Positions 34,291 to 43,356 of a stretch of DNA of 64,000 bases are shown here, piece after piece. The stretch lies in the IMG/VR virus record IMGVR_UViG_3300017963_000246; one strand, given 5' to 3'. A program made the position numbers and the translations under genes. The DNA is from a virus. Numbering within the stretch: position 1 is the first letter of the stretch; every line of letters begins with the position of its first letter. A model generated the notes under the pieces. That model did no database searches, was not told where the DNA came from, and saw only the letters and a list, made by a program, of their open reading frames with translations.

Positions 34291-34691
34291 TACTGTTCTA
34301 GGATTCCTTTCAGCGGGTGCGCCTTGAACGGTAGGCTTTTCAACCACTGGACCACGGCCTCTTCCCCGTACAGCTTGCATTGCCGCTTGAACGCGACCAG
34401 ACGGCCAGGCGGATTTTTTCCGCCGAGAGAGAGGTTACAGTCCCGACAGAGCAATAGGCAATTATAGGCCGTGAATATCAAAACGCGCCGGCCCTTCGGT
34501 TGCCAGCCCTGGACGTTCCCGCGAGATATCATGCACTCGTGCATGTGGACCCCGGCGGTCGACGCGCCCAGCGGTTGCCAGCACCCGGCGCACATGAACT
34601 GCCGCTGCAAGAGCCACCGCTTGAGCTTGAACCGGTGCTCGCGCACGGAGTCCCCTGCCTGCGGGAACAGGTAGTCGGGGACCAGTATCAT
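34287..34691 (-). CDS. HNH-like endonuclease
   Basis: CAGC ... VHMHECMISRGN ... NCLLLCRDCN arrangement typical of small phage HNH nucleases. Confidence 0.55.
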   Translation of the reverse strand: MILVPDYLFPQAGDSVREHRFKLKRWLLQRQFMCAGCWQPLGASTAGVHMHECMISRGNVQGWQPKGRRVLIFTAYNCLLLCRDCNLSLGGKNPPGRLVAFKRQCKLYGEEAVVQWLKSLPFKAHPLKGILEQY

Positions 34692-34870
34692 GGCAGTCCG
34701 TCTCGAACCGCGATGTCCTCGCGCAAGGCGTCAACTGCGTTGCGCAAATCGAACACCATCTGTTTCAGCGTATCGCGCTCTTTTACCAAGCTGCGTACCT
34801 CCGCAGCGTCCCTCACGGTTGTCATCCCCGTCTCAATTCTCTTGATTATGCTTTTCCAAAGTTCGCTCAT
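34688..34870 (-). CDS. hypothetical coiled-coil protein
   Basis: ATG 34870 in ATGA overlap; 60 aa. Confidence 0.5.
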   Translation of the reverse strand: MSELWKSIIKRIETGMTTVRDAAEVRSLVKERDTLKQMVFDLRNAVDALREDIAVRDGLP

Positions 34871-35076
34871 CTCCAGTCCTCCAGTCTGTAGTCGTCCAAG
34901 TCCTCGTCCGGCTCTGGCGTCCCGTCCGGCATGATTTGTCTCTTTCCGCTGCATTCGGGCCATTGTGAGCACGACCAAAACGGCGGCCAATCTTGTCCCG
35001 CCTTGGGCTTTCTGAGTTTCATCTTCGCCCCACATTCTGGACAGTATGGCTCCGGTTTCGTGCGAATACCTATCAT
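34867..35076 (-). CDS. topoisomerase-type C4 zinc-finger protein
   Basis: YCPECGAKMKLRKPKAG...PFWSCSQWPECSG matches the zf-C4 topoisomerase DNA-binding finger. Confidence 0.65.
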   Translation of the reverse strand: MIGIRTKPEPYCPECGAKMKLRKPKAGQDWPPFWSCSQWPECSGKRQIMPDGTPEPDEDLDDYRLEDWR

Positions 35077-35504
35077 ACCGTCACCTCCAGTGCCTCAAGC
35101 GCGGCGTGGCAGATTGCGATGAGTAGCGTGTCCGCCTGCGTCCAATTATCCGGCGTCCCATTCCAACCAGACATGCCATGTGGCGTGAACCCAGCCCAGT
35201 ATTTGTCATACCATTTCCCGCCCGGCACATCAAATGGCGTCCGCATTTGACACCAGAAGCCGTGCTGTTGCATCTTCTCCACCACCTGCCAGGCGGCGGC
35301 GATGTCGGTGGATGGCCGCCAGGGATGAGACTCCCCTTCCTCTGTAGGTTCTGGACGCTCCGTCCATACAAGCCACTTCCCATCGTAGAATCCAGTCCAT
35401 CCCTCAGCTATAGGACGGCCATTGATCACCTTGATCGGCGCCCATCCCATCACATGTTCAGCAACTAGCGCATCCAACTCTCTACCAGCATCCGGGTATT
35501 CCAT
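35073..35504 (-). CDS. hypothetical protein (phage ABA-sandwich-like N-terminus)
   Basis: 143 aa; GRELDALVAEHVMGW opening as in Phage_ABA_S-type proteins. Confidence 0.65.
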   Translation of the reverse strand: MEYPDAGRELDALVAEHVMGWAPIKVINGRPIAEGWTGFYDGKWLVWTERPEPTEEGESHPWRPSTDIAAAWQVVEKMQQHGFWCQMRTPFDVPGGKWYDKYWAGFTPHGMSGWNGTPDNWTQADTLLIAICHAALEALEVTV

Positions 35505-35505
35505 T

Positions 35506-35787
35506 CTATTCTCCTATCGACCCGGCCAACACGTCCGCAGCCCGTCTTGCGTCCCGATTCTTCACGGTGACCATGATAGTATCTTCGACAATCATGTGTC
35601 CCCACGATTTTATGCCGGCGCTGTTCAACGCTCGCTCAATCTCCCGTCCTGTCCACTCTAGGCCGTGAGGGATGAGAAACGTATGAGACCCGCCGGACAA
35701 GAGGTCCCTTATCCCGGCACACACCGGCGTTATCCAATCGAAGGAGCTCCCGAATTCCAGCAGCTCGTCCACTTTGTCAGTCGGCAT
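35506..35787 (-). CDS. hypothetical protein
   Basis: ATG 35787; 93 aa. Confidence 0.6.
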   Translation of the reverse strand: MPTDKVDELLEFGSSFDWITPVCAGIRDLLSGGSHTFLIPHGLEWTGREIERALNSAGIKSWGHMIVEDTIMVTVKNRDARRAADVLAGSIGE

Positions 35788-35974
35788 CCGTACACTCCTT
35801 GAGCAGCCCGAAGTTGAGCGCCAGCGTCTTGAGGGTCGCCCGGCATCCGGCTTCGTATCCGAGGACGTACGTGCGGTCCTTTTCGCCGGTTTCCGCAAGC
35901 GTCTGCAGGACCGCGTACTCCGCCGCCCGCAGCGCGTTTCGGACTTCGCTTTTCAGGACCACGTCAAGGCCCAC
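35777..35974 (-). CDS. hypothetical protein
   Basis: In-frame GTG 35974 overlapping the upstream gene end; 65 aa. Confidence 0.45.
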   Translation of the reverse strand: MGLDVVLKSEVRNALRAAEYAVLQTLAETGEKDRTYVLGYEAGCRATLKTLALNFGLLKECTDAD

Positions 35975-36146
35975 GGTGAGCCTCCCTGGTCGCCCTGTCG
36001 CTCGGCCACTCTGTCTCCAGCGGTGCAGGCGTCCACTCTGCTCCTGTTCGGTCCATCCCGTCCCAGCCGTTGCAGGCCAGGAGCGTCGAGGCGAGCAACA
36101 CGACGCAAGCCAAGACAATCCACTTTTTACTCATCGTCTCCCTCAT
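35964..36146 (-). CDS. putative lipoprotein
   Basis: MSKKWIVLACVVLLASTLLAC: signal peptide with LLAC lipobox. Start at 36146 or 36134. Confidence 0.55.
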   Translation of the reverse strand: MRETMSKKWIVLACVVLLASTLLACNGWDGMDRTGAEWTPAPLETEWPSDRATREAHRGP

Positions 36147-36462
36147 CCAGCGCGGCCAACGCGGCCCGCGCGTTCATCGCGTCGCACATCGGCTCTTCGA
36201 TGGAGCAACCTTCCGTCTCGCAGCAAGGACCGCCGGCGACGTCTTCCAGGGTGGCAATCATCCTCTGCACCTGCGGGACTTCCCGCCACTTGCCCGTTGC
36301 GATCGTGAACGCTAGGGCCTCGGGGTCGGACAGGTCGATAGTAGAGGGCGGAACGTTCTTGATGCGAATCCAGTGTGGATAATCGTTACCTTCACGGTGG
36401 AAGTACTCAGTGTCTATGTATCCAGGTACGGACGTCTGCGTCAACTTTTGCCACTCGTTCAT
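36127..36462 (-). CDS. hypothetical protein
   Basis: ATG 36462 in ATGA overlap behind GAGGAGG; 111 aa. Confidence 0.6.
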   Translation of the reverse strand: MNEWQKLTQTSVPGYIDTEYFHREGNDYPHWIRIKNVPPSTIDLSDPEALAFTIATGKWREVPQVQRMIATLEDVAGGPCCETEGCSIEEPMCDAMNARAALAALDEGDDE

Positions 36463-36755
36463 GCCACCTCCTCGTAGTCCAGCACCATCGCCTTCCGGCC
36501 GCTCTCCAGCTTGACCGGATATGCGCTCTTCCAATGCGCTTTTGCCTTGAGCCAGTCGACGTCTAACACGTCCCACGGTATCCAACCCCCGTGCATCGGG
36601 CACTGGAACTCAAACACACGCGTGGTCGCTTCAGTGCTCCAACCGAGCTTGTCTGCTTCCCCGACGGCGACGAACGCGGCTCCCGCGCAATCATCACACA
36701 AAGGGATATACCCTTCCCTGTGCGTCGCCTGCTCCCCGCAGCAATAGCAGGTCAT
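36459..36755 (-). CDS. hypothetical Cys-rich protein
   Basis: ATG 36755 in ATGA overlap; MTCYCCGEQ...CDDC. Confidence 0.6.
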   Translation of the reverse strand: MTCYCCGEQATHREGYIPLCDDCAGAAFVAVGEADKLGWSTEATTRVFEFQCPMHGGWIPWDVLDVDWLKAKAHWKSAYPVKLESGRKAMVLDYEEVA

Positions 36756-36874
36756 AGCGTCACCCACGACTCGGCCGGAACGTTCGTCAGGACCATGGCC
36801 AGCGCGAACAAGAGCAGCCCCAGTCCGACGATGCAAAACAGCGCGAGCTTCACGAACGCTTTTCCGCCCATCAT
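36752..36874 (-). CDS. 40-aa single-pass membrane peptide
   Basis: Below the ORF-track cutoff. ATGATG 36874 overlaps the upstream stop and its own stop overlaps the next ATG. Sequence: MMGGKAFVKLALFCIVGLGLLLFALAMVLTNVPAESWVTL. Confidence 0.45.
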   Translation of the reverse strand: MMGGKAFVKLALFCIVGLGLLLFALAMVLTNVPAESWVTL

Positions 36875-37137
36875 ATTCCTTCCAATCCTTCAGACAACCA
36901 TGTCAAGGTGTCTTCCGCCGACGGTGGATCACAGCAACACCACGAACGATAATACCGCAGCCACTCTTCTTCTGTACGGTGCAAGTCACAGTGTTCAATA
37001 TGTCCGCCGTCCTTTAGCGGAAGCGACTTCTTGCGACACCCATCCGTGACGCACTGTGGCAACTTGCGTCTATCAATCTTTCGCGGGCCGTTTTCAATCC
37101 GGTTGGCTGCCCCGGTCAATCTCGACAAGTTTTTCAT
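36871..37137 (-). CDS. hypothetical protein
   Basis: ATG 37137 behind GGAAGGAGA; 88 aa, Cys/His-rich. Confidence 0.6.
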   Translation of the reverse strand: MKNLSRLTGAANRIENGPRKIDRRKLPQCVTDGCRKKSLPLKDGGHIEHCDLHRTEEEWLRYYRSWCCCDPPSAEDTLTWLSEGLEGI

Positions 37138-37403
37138 ATCAGTCTCCTTCCTCGCTCCCGTCGGCCGCCCATTTGGACGTTGCCCGGCCCGGACCACTTG
37201 GAGGTGGGAGCGTACGGGCCAGCCCCCGGAGGGGCTAGTTGCAGGCGAACGTCAGAATCGCCACGGCTATCTGGTGGTCGCTCATGTCGATGTCGTCATC
37301 CTCCTGCCTCAGTTCGTACACGTGCTGATACACGGTTTCGAGACGCATCTCGGCGACTTCCGCCTTGCTCACCTGTCCCCCGCAAAAGATGTCGAACAGC
37401 TCC

Positions 37404-37595
37404 TCACCCGTCATTTCCAGTCTCCTCTCTGACCAGGTCCCAGGCCTCGATGAAGCAGACCTCGGCCCCGTCGACTTCGTATACCTCTGACTCCCTACCG
37501 GGCAGCAAGGCCACCTTGTGCCCGTTCATCTCTGCGATCTCGCCCTCGCGCATCGTGGCGAGGAGGTCTGCCAATTCCATGTCTTTGTATGTCAT
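37404..37595 (-). CDS. hypothetical protein
   Basis: 63-aa ORF in the gene chain. Confidence 0.55.
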   Translation of the reverse strand: MTYKDMELADLLATMREGEIAEMNGHKVALLPGRESEVYEVDGAEVCFIEAWDLVREETGNDG

Positions 37596-37840
37596 CGCTC
37601 GTCCCTCAAGTGGCTATCCACCTTGTGCGCCATCCATGAGTCTACTGGGCGGCCGTTGCTGGTGATTCGGTATCCGAACCCGCTGACAAAGTGTGCCCGG
37701 AGCGGCTTTGCGCTCCTGACCAGGCTGTCGAACTCGGCGCGCAGGACGTCGTAGTGGTGGGGGCGGTTCGATGCCTCGGTGCCCTCGACCTGTTGCCAGC
37801 CCTCGTCCGTGTGGACTTCCAACCTGTACGTCGGGTACAT
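37592..37840 (-). CDS. hypothetical protein
   Basis: ATG 37840 behind AGAGGAGA, preceded by the conserved hairpin element. Confidence 0.6.
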   Translation of the reverse strand: MYPTYRLEVHTDEGWQQVEGTEASNRPHHYDVLRAEFDSLVRSAKPLRAHFVSGFGYRITSNGRPVDSWMAHKVDSHLRDER

Positions 37841-37849
37841 CTCGTTTCT

Positions 37850-37878
37850 CCTCTGCCGGGATAGGCTCCCGGCGGGCC
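37850..37878 (-). promoter_or_regulatory. conserved intercistronic hairpin-SD element, copy 1
   Basis: Minus strand GGCCCGCCGGGAGCCuaUCCCGGCAGAGGAGA; 7-bp stem GCCGGGA/UCCCGGC abutting the SD. Confidence 0.6.
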
Positions 37879-37886
37879 ATTTTCGG

Positions 37887-38087
37887 TTAGCTCTCGACTT
37901 CGGCCATCGCGGCGAGGTACTCTGCACGATGCTTGCTCTTCAATATCGCGGCGTTGATTGCGTTGGCCAGAAAAGCGTGGACGCTCTCTTCGTAGATGTC
38001 ACCGCCGCCCTTGGCGATTTTGTCAGCGGCATTCGCGTGCTCGGCCCAAGTCTCGGCGATTTTCCTGATGTACCCTTTCCGGTCCAT
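37887..38087 (-). CDS. hypothetical protein (first gene after P3)
   Basis: 66-aa ORF. Confidence 0.6.
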   Translation of the reverse strand: MDRKGYIRKIAETWAEHANAADKIAKGGGDIYEESVHAFLANAINAAILKSKHRAEYLAAMAEVES

Positions 38088-38128
38088 TTGAGTCCCCTTT
38101 CGGCTAGCGTTCCGTTTACCTTATATCC

Positions 38129-38157
38129 ATTGTACCATGAATCTGCCCATTTGTCAA
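38129..38157 (-). promoter_or_regulatory. sigma70-type promoter P3
   Basis: Minus strand TTGACA-17-TACAAT with TGG extended -10. Confidence 0.75.
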
Positions 38158-38187
38158 TACCCAATATACACGAGTTTCAAGACTCGT

Positions 38188-38355
38188 TCAGAGCAACTTG
38201 TCCTGCGCCGGCTTCACCAAGCGGTCGAACGCCTCGATGACCTCCTTCGCTTCCTTGTACGCGTCGCCCAGCCCGCCGTATCGGTGGCTCAGGGCGAGAC
38301 TGCGCAAGCGCCGTAGGGCGTTGCGGACGGTTTCTTCATCTTCTTTCTTCGTCAC
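38188..38355 (-). CDS. 55-aa hypothetical protein
   Basis: Below the ORF-track cutoff; GTG 38355 overlaps the upstream stop (ATGTGA). Sequence VTKKEDEETVRNALRRL...; stop lies inside the conserved CTGAACGAGT box. Confidence 0.4.
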   Translation of the reverse strand: MTKKEDEETVRNALRRLRSLALSHRYGGLGDAYKEAKEVIEAFDRLVKPAQDKLL

Positions 38356-38639
38356 ATCGGCTCTCCGAAGTCCTGCACGAACGTCGCGTCGACCTCCGCC
38401 AGGGCCAATTCCCGGTCACGCTGAGATGCCCGTGGTGACACGCGCTCCAGGTAGACCCAGTACCGCGCGGTTTCATACAGCCGCTCCAGCTTTTCCAGCC
38501 GCGCGCGCAGCTTGGCCAACTCGGCCTCCCTTTCTATCACGGCCCAGCCCACCAGGCGCAGGCCGTCGTCGATTTCCGGCAGCACGTCGAACTGGTTCTC
38601 TTGCGGTCCTCTTTCGTTGTACCGTCCGGTGTCTAGCAT
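38352..38639 (-). CDS. hypothetical protein
   Basis: ATG 38639 behind GAGGAGA; 95 aa. Confidence 0.6.
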   Translation of the reverse strand: MLDTGRYNERGPQENQFDVLPEIDDGLRLVGWAVIEREAELAKLRARLEKLERLYETARYWVYLERVSPRASQRDRELALAEVDATFVQDFGEPM

Positions 38640-38649
38640 CTTGGTCTCC

Positions 38650-38979
38650 TCACCCGTATGCGACGGGGCGCGGCGCTCCGCATCCATCGCACCTTCGCTC
38701 CTCTCTTGGGTTGGGCGTTTTGCAGAAGACGCACAGCCACTCCGCCGCGGCCCTGGTCTCCCTGATGAACTCCTCGTGTGCGAGGAATTCCCCAAAGCCA
38801 GAGAGCGTCATCTCCCAGTGCGAGCGCTCGTGGACTTGGACAAAACTCCCGCCAAAGTCGTACTCGTCATGCATGTTGTTGAACAACGTCGCCGACATCA
38901 CGGCGGCCTCGCCGGACAGCACCATCCCGTCCGCCATCTCGACGGTGACCCGGACCGGCTTTCCTGCACATATGCTCAC
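38650..38979 (-). CDS. protein with C-terminal RanBP2-type zinc finger
   Basis: GTG 38979 overlaps the primase stop behind GGAGGG; WLCVFCKTPNPREERRCDGCGAPR fits W-x-C-x2-C-x3-N-x6-C-x2-C. Confidence 0.55.
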   Translation of the reverse strand: MSICAGKPVRVTVEMADGMVLSGEAAVMSATLFNNMHDEYDFGGSFVQVHERSHWEMTLSGFGEFLAHEEFIRETRAAAEWLCVFCKTPNPREERRCDGCGAPRPVAYG

Positions 38980-39902
38980 ATCACCCTCCTGCTCTGCGAC
39001 AACACCTGCCCGAACAACGAGTCGTCCGCCCGGATGAGCAGGTCGTCCGGTTTCATCGGAAAGGCGCACACGCGGACCTCCCGAATCGCCTTCGCCAATT
39101 CTTTCCCCAAGTCCCAGGCCGCCTTATCCGCGTCAGGGTCGAACCCGATGAGTAGCCGGCGGACGTTCTTGAAATGTGGAACCCATCGCATGTCGAACCC
39201 CTTGCACCCGTACACGGCGATGGTCGGGAACCCGTGCTGGTTCGCCACGATAGCCTTCTTGCATCCTTCCACAAGTAAGAGGTCCTTCTCCGTCGAAACA
39301 AGGTCGCTGCGGTACAGTTGCCGGCCCAGCCCCGCCCGATGAGGACGATATTTATTTCCGTTCGGGGCCCCGACTAGGCGGTGACGGATGTTGAGCAGAC
39401 GCTCTCCGGTGTGGTCGAACACGGGGATGGTGTGACTAGGTCGGTGCTCCTGGTCGGTCGGACACGTGTAGCAAAAGCCGAGAGCCAGGGTGTCCTGCGT
39501 CTCTTCGCTGATACCCTGGCTCTCCCACCATTTCCTCTCGTCTTCGTCCAGATAGTTGTGATACATCAGGTGGTCAGTGCACCGCGCCATCTCCTCCAAC
39601 CTGAGGACGCGCGCCGCCGTCTTCATCTGCTCGACGCGCATCCGGTTCTGCTCGCCCTCGATGCGGCGGAGGCGTATCTCGTCCGGGGTCAGAACCTGTC
39701 GCTCATCGTCGTCGAGCCAGCCTCGACATCCCCCTTTCCTGCAGAAAAATCCACCATTGAGGAATAAAATGAAGCCGTCCTCTTTGGCTTGCCCGCAGAT
39801 GGGACACGGCCCGTGGGCTTCGTCTCCCTGGACCTTGAACTCGAATCCTGGCCAGCGCTTCTCGGCAAGGGTAACCGCCTCAAAAATGCTCGTGAGGTTC
39901 AT
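38976..39902 (-). CDS. DnaG-like DNA primase (zinc finger + TOPRIM)
   Basis: HGPCPICG...FFCRKGGC zinc-binding region; LLLVEGCKKAI and LLIGFDPDADK (TOPRIM E and DxD); ATG 39902 in ATGA overlap. Confidence 0.8.
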   Translation of the reverse strand: MNLTSIFEAVTLAEKRWPGFEFKVQGDEAHGPCPICGQAKEDGFILFLNGGFFCRKGGCRGWLDDDERQVLTPDEIRLRRIEGEQNRMRVEQMKTAARVLRLEEMARCTDHLMYHNYLDEDERKWWESQGISEETQDTLALGFCYTCPTDQEHRPSHTIPVFDHTGERLLNIRHRLVGAPNGNKYRPHRAGLGRQLYRSDLVSTEKDLLLVEGCKKAIVANQHGFPTIAVYGCKGFDMRWVPHFKNVRRLLIGFDPDADKAAWDLGKELAKAIREVRVCAFPMKPDDLLIRADDSLFGQVLSQSRRVM

Positions 39903-40636
39903 CCGTGTCTCCCTTCTGTCAACAACTCCCAAACCGTCGCAACCACAAGCGGAACTTGTCCGTTGCCAATGGCGCTTCCGCGCTCCAGGTAATGGGCCAC
40001 CCCATTATCGCTTCCAGCGTTTCTATTGATGACTTGTAACCACACGTCTCGAGAGTTCTGTTTTCCAACTCTGCGTTGTACCGGTGCCTGCCCGTTTTGG
40101 AGATTCCCCAACCACGCCTTCCCATCGCTTTTGTTGGAGAAGGCCACAACGAAAAGCCTATCTCGCACAAACGGCGCTCCCACCTCGGCAGCCGATAACA
40201 CACGCCATCGCGCATCATACCCGCTTTGGGCCAACTCGCTGAGTACCTGTCCATAGTACCCGTGAGACCCGGCAAGCAAGCCTGGTACGTTTTCCAATAG
40301 AACCCATGCGGGTTGGACCTCTCTAATGATACGAATGGTGTCAGGCCACATGTTGCGCTCGTCTGCGTCGGCCTGCTGTCTGCCGGCGACTGAGAAGGGT
40401 TGGCACGGGAATCCCGCTGTGACGATATCCACGCATCCAGCCCAGGGACGCCCGTCGAATGTTCGGGCATCGTCCCAGATCGGGGCGTCGTCGAGCAGTC
40501 CGTCTGCGATTCTGGCTTGGAGCACGTCGATGCAATACTGTTCCCATTCGACGTAGCAGACGGTGCACCAGCCGAGCAACCATTTTGTGGCAAGTAGTCC
40601 TCCACCCACGCCGGCAAATAGCGCCAACTCATTCAT
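39899..40636 (-). CDS. DNA (cytosine-5)-methyltransferase
   Basis: Motif I LFAGVGGG, motif IV GFPCQPFS, motif VI LLENVPGL, motif VIII FVRDRLFVVA, motif X GNGQVP. Confidence 0.9.
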   Translation of the reverse strand: MNELALFAGVGGGLLATKWLLGWCTVCYVEWEQYCIDVLQARIADGLLDDAPIWDDARTFDGRPWAGCVDIVTAGFPCQPFSVAGRQQADADERNMWPDTIRIIREVQPAWVLLENVPGLLAGSHGYYGQVLSELAQSGYDARWRVLSAAEVGAPFVRDRLFVVAFSNKSDGKAWLGNLQNGQAPVQRRVGKQNSRDVWLQVINRNAGSDNGVAHYLERGSAIGNGQVPLVVATVWELLTEGRHG

Positions 40637-40646
40637 GTATCTCCTT

Positions 40647-41642
40647 TCAGAAATCGTACGTAGGCTCCTTGGCGTCCGACTCCAACTCCCCGAGCCGCAG
40701 GTATCGCGGGTCGAAGTGCATCGACCACGTGCGCCGGGACGTGTTGAACCGCTCCTTCAGCTTGGAGATGACCAGCAGGTTCTCGTGCATCTGCACGGGC
40801 TTCCCGCCGATGGATATGGTCTCCTGGTCTTGGTGCGTGTTCCAGGGACGCCAGAGCGAGAACCACTTGTCACAAGTCTGGTATATACGGCTCGACCACT
40901 GACCATCGCGTGTGCCGGGGATGGGCAGCTTGTAGTCGTCCACTTCCTGCCGCGCCTGGACGGCCAAGACGACCGGGCACCCGCAGCGCATCCCCAGTTC
41001 CTTCATCAGGTCGGCCGCGTGCGTGACCTCGGACACGAGGTCTCTAGCCCTGGCGACGGGCACGAGCTGGAGATAGTCGCCGCAGAGCAGGGTCACCTTC
41101 TTCTTGAACTCGTGCTTGATGTGCTCGACGATGCGCCACACGGCTTCCATCGTCAGGCGGCTGGTGCTGGTCCGCGTCCCTTTTGTGATGCTCTGGCCGA
41201 CGAGCCAGACGGGGAGCCCGATGCGCTTGGCCGCGGAGGTTTCTACTTCGTCGATGGGCACGCGGCCGCGCACGATGTCGGTCACGGTGTACGTCTTGGT
41301 CACGTGGAACATCGAATCTATCTCCTCCATCACCTGCTCCCAGGAGACGTGGACGACGCACTCGGTGTCCATCGCGCCTCGCGCTTTGATGCGTTCGGCC
41401 TCGGTCGCGGACAGGTAGGCGAGGATGCTCGACTTGCAGTGAGTGGGCCTTCCCACGACCACGGTCATGTCGCCCGGATGCATGGGGATGAGCTCGTCGT
41501 CCATCGCGGGGATGCCCCAGGTGACTCCGGGAGCGTCCTTCATCTGCTTGGCCCACTCTACGTGAGCCCTTGACGCCTCTGTCGGCGTGTGGAGCAGCGG
41601 TGCCAGTTCGTCCGGGAGTGTTGCATCTTTTTCCTCAGCCAT
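40647..41642 (-). CDS. DnaB-like replicative helicase (RecA-fold domain)
   Basis: Walker A VVVGRPTHCKSS, Walker B/DnaB box LLCGDYLQLV. Confidence 0.8.
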   Translation of the reverse strand: MAEEKDATLPDELAPLLHTPTEASRAHVEWAKQMKDAPGVTWGIPAMDDELIPMHPGDMTVVVGRPTHCKSSILAYLSATEAERIKARGAMDTECVVHVSWEQVMEEIDSMFHVTKTYTVTDIVRGRVPIDEVETSAAKRIGLPVWLVGQSITKGTRTSTSRLTMEAVWRIVEHIKHEFKKKVTLLCGDYLQLVPVARARDLVSEVTHAADLMKELGMRCGCPVVLAVQARQEVDDYKLPIPGTRDGQWSSRIYQTCDKWFSLWRPWNTHQDQETISIGGKPVQMHENLLVISKLKERFNTSRRTWSMHFDPRYLRLGELESDAKEPTYDF

Positions 41643-41892
41643 TGTCCGCCACCCATCTACCTTTCAAAGTCGTACGCATCCGACGCAGGCTTTCGAAGAT
41701 GATACCGAGGTCGTGATCGAACATCGCGCTGTACGCCCGCGCGGATTCTCTTTCCACGGTGGCTAGTTTCCGACGCATATTCTCCAGTTCGCGCTCCTGC
41801 TCCTGCAGCTGGGTGAGCATCGCCTCCAGTCGGGCCGCGTCTATGACCGCGCCCGCGTCCTCCGCGATGAGGTCCCACAGGTCTTCATACAT
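41635..41892 (-). CDS. hypothetical coiled-coil protein
   Basis: 85-aa ORF, GAGGAGG SD, overlaps neighbours at both ends. Confidence 0.55.
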   Translation of the reverse strand: MYEDLWDLIAEDAGAVIDAARLEAMLTQLQEQERELENMRRKLATVERESARAYSAMFDHDLGIIFESLRRMRTTLKGRWVADNG

Positions 41893-42187
41893 CGGCGACC
41901 TCCTCGGCTCGGATCCGTTTTAGGGCTTCTCTGACGTAGCTCATATGGACGGACGTGCACGGCACCAGGCAGTCGACCGGCGTTCCTTCGCTGTTCGCCG
42001 TCGTCCGCAAAACGCCGGGTTGGCCTTTGCGCCAGTACCGGCAAAACACGGTGTCCCCTCTCCAGCTCGTCACGAACCCGTACTCAACGTCTGGGTGCGT
42101 GGAGTCCCACTGGAAGCAACCGTCGTTGCCTTTCACCTGCGCGTGCCTTGGGACGTACGCTATCTGCATTCCTTCGTACAGGTGCAT
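41885..42187 (-). CDS. hypothetical protein
   Basis: 100-aa ORF. Confidence 0.6.
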   Translation of the reverse strand: MHLYEGMQIAYVPRHAQVKGNDGCFQWDSTHPDVEYGFVTSWRGDTVFCRYWRKGQPGVLRTTANSEGTPVDCLVPCTSVHMSYVREALKRIRAEEVADV

Positions 42188-42214
42188 TTCAGTCTCCTTT
42201 GTCTGTTGATACCT

Positions 42215-42388
42215 CTAGCCGCTGAGCGCGATGAGATAGGCTTCAATCTCGGCTTCTGCCATTTCCGTCGTGAACGGTTCCCACTCGTCGCAATAGCGCA
42301 ACCCGTCAGGCGTCACGTGCTGCGCGATGGTGCTGTCGTGTTCCGTCTTGCAAGCGTCGCAATACCACCGTTTAGCCTTTTTCATCAT
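42215..42388 (-). CDS. small Cys-containing protein
   Basis: ATGATG 42388 behind AAGGAGG; 57 aa (WYCDACK). Confidence 0.5.
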   Translation of the reverse strand: MMKKAKRWYCDACKTEHDSTIAQHVTPDGLRYCDEWEPFTTEMAEAEIEAYLIALSG

Positions 42389-42399
42389 AGCCTCCTTCT

Positions 42400-43290
42400 C
42401 TAAAACAGTTCCGGGCAATTGCGCTTGGTTTCCTCGATGACGCGGCCGTAGAGGCGCTTGAAGTCGACGGTCGGGAACTTGTGCTTCTTCACGATGTCCC
42501 ACATCTCGTCGGCCACGATGTCGTGCCAGACCCGCCCCAACAGTTCGGGTATCCTCTTGCGGGTGAGCGGGCCGGCGTCACGCATCTTGGCGAGGGCTTT
42601 CTCCACGCGCCCCCTGGTAACGTACTCGGTCGCGATTGCGAGCTCGACCTGCTGTTTCATCGCCACTGTTGGGGCTCCGAACGTCTCCAGGTTACGCTCC
42701 TTGAACTCGTTCTTGACCAGCTTCCCCCATACGGTCTCGCCCCACTCGTTCTCCCAACCGTATCGCTTGATGACGATACCTTCGCCGGGACCGTTGCCGT
42801 CCTCGATGAGATAGGTGTTACGGTCGAGCAGCCCGACCAGGTGCTCTTCGGTGGGACTGAGGACGACTTCGAGCGGCGCGATGACCGGAAAGGGCAGGGG
42901 CGAAACCAGGGGTTCGTACTCGTCGTATGCCAAGTATCGCTCCTCTGCGTCATGGTAGACGTCGAAGATGTAGAACTGTCGCCAGGCTTCCTTCCTGTAG
43001 GTGCGCAGGGTGTGGGGTACAAGCCACTCGCCGTACAGGCGCAGGTCGGGATAGTCCGTAAAGAACGGCAGGAAGTCGTCGGTGTGTTCGGCTACGAACG
43101 CCAGGAACCCGGCGTTGTCTTCCCCTTCCGACAGGTGGCGTCTCCGGCTGCCGGCACACAGTTGCCCGGTGTCCATCCACACGCTGGCGTTCGTGCCGTC
43201 AATCTTCGGGAACACGTAGCAGGTGCCGTCCAGCAGCCCGGCGACCTCGTCGCTCCCCAATCTCTCGATGTGCCTGTACTTCTTGAACAT
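42400..43290 (-). CDS. ATP-dependent RNA ligase (Rnl2/PF09414-like nucleotidyltransferase)
   Basis: Motif I FPKIDGTNASVW (KxDGxN), motif IV GEGIVIKRY, motif V WGKLVKNEFKE; AAAGGAGA SD; first gene after P4. Confidence 0.75.
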   Translation of the reverse strand: MFKKYRHIERLGSDEVAGLLDGTCYVFPKIDGTNASVWMDTGQLCAGSRRRHLSEGEDNAGFLAFVAEHTDDFLPFFTDYPDLRLYGEWLVPHTLRTYRKEAWRQFYIFDVYHDAEERYLAYDEYEPLVSPLPFPVIAPLEVVLSPTEEHLVGLLDRNTYLIEDGNGPGEGIVIKRYGWENEWGETVWGKLVKNEFKERNLETFGAPTVAMKQQVELAIATEYVTRGRVEKALAKMRDAGPLTRKRIPELLGRVWHDIVADEMWDIVKKHKFPTVDFKRLYGRVIEETKRNCPELF

Positions 43291-43316
43291 GTCCGTCTCC
43301 TTTCGCGTCTGTGATC

Positions 43317-43345
43317 ATTATACCCTGGGTCGCTCAGCATGTCAA
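43317..43345 (-). promoter_or_regulatory. sigma70-type promoter P4
   Basis: Minus strand TTGACA-17-TATAAT (no TG extension). Confidence 0.75.
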
Positions 43346-43356
43346 TACCCAAGCCC

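Noticed and set aside
40563-41573. 336-aa plus-strand ORF antisense to the DnaB-like helicase
   Set aside because: The helicase frame has Walker A/B and a DYLQL box; the antisense frame is a GC-driven open frame.
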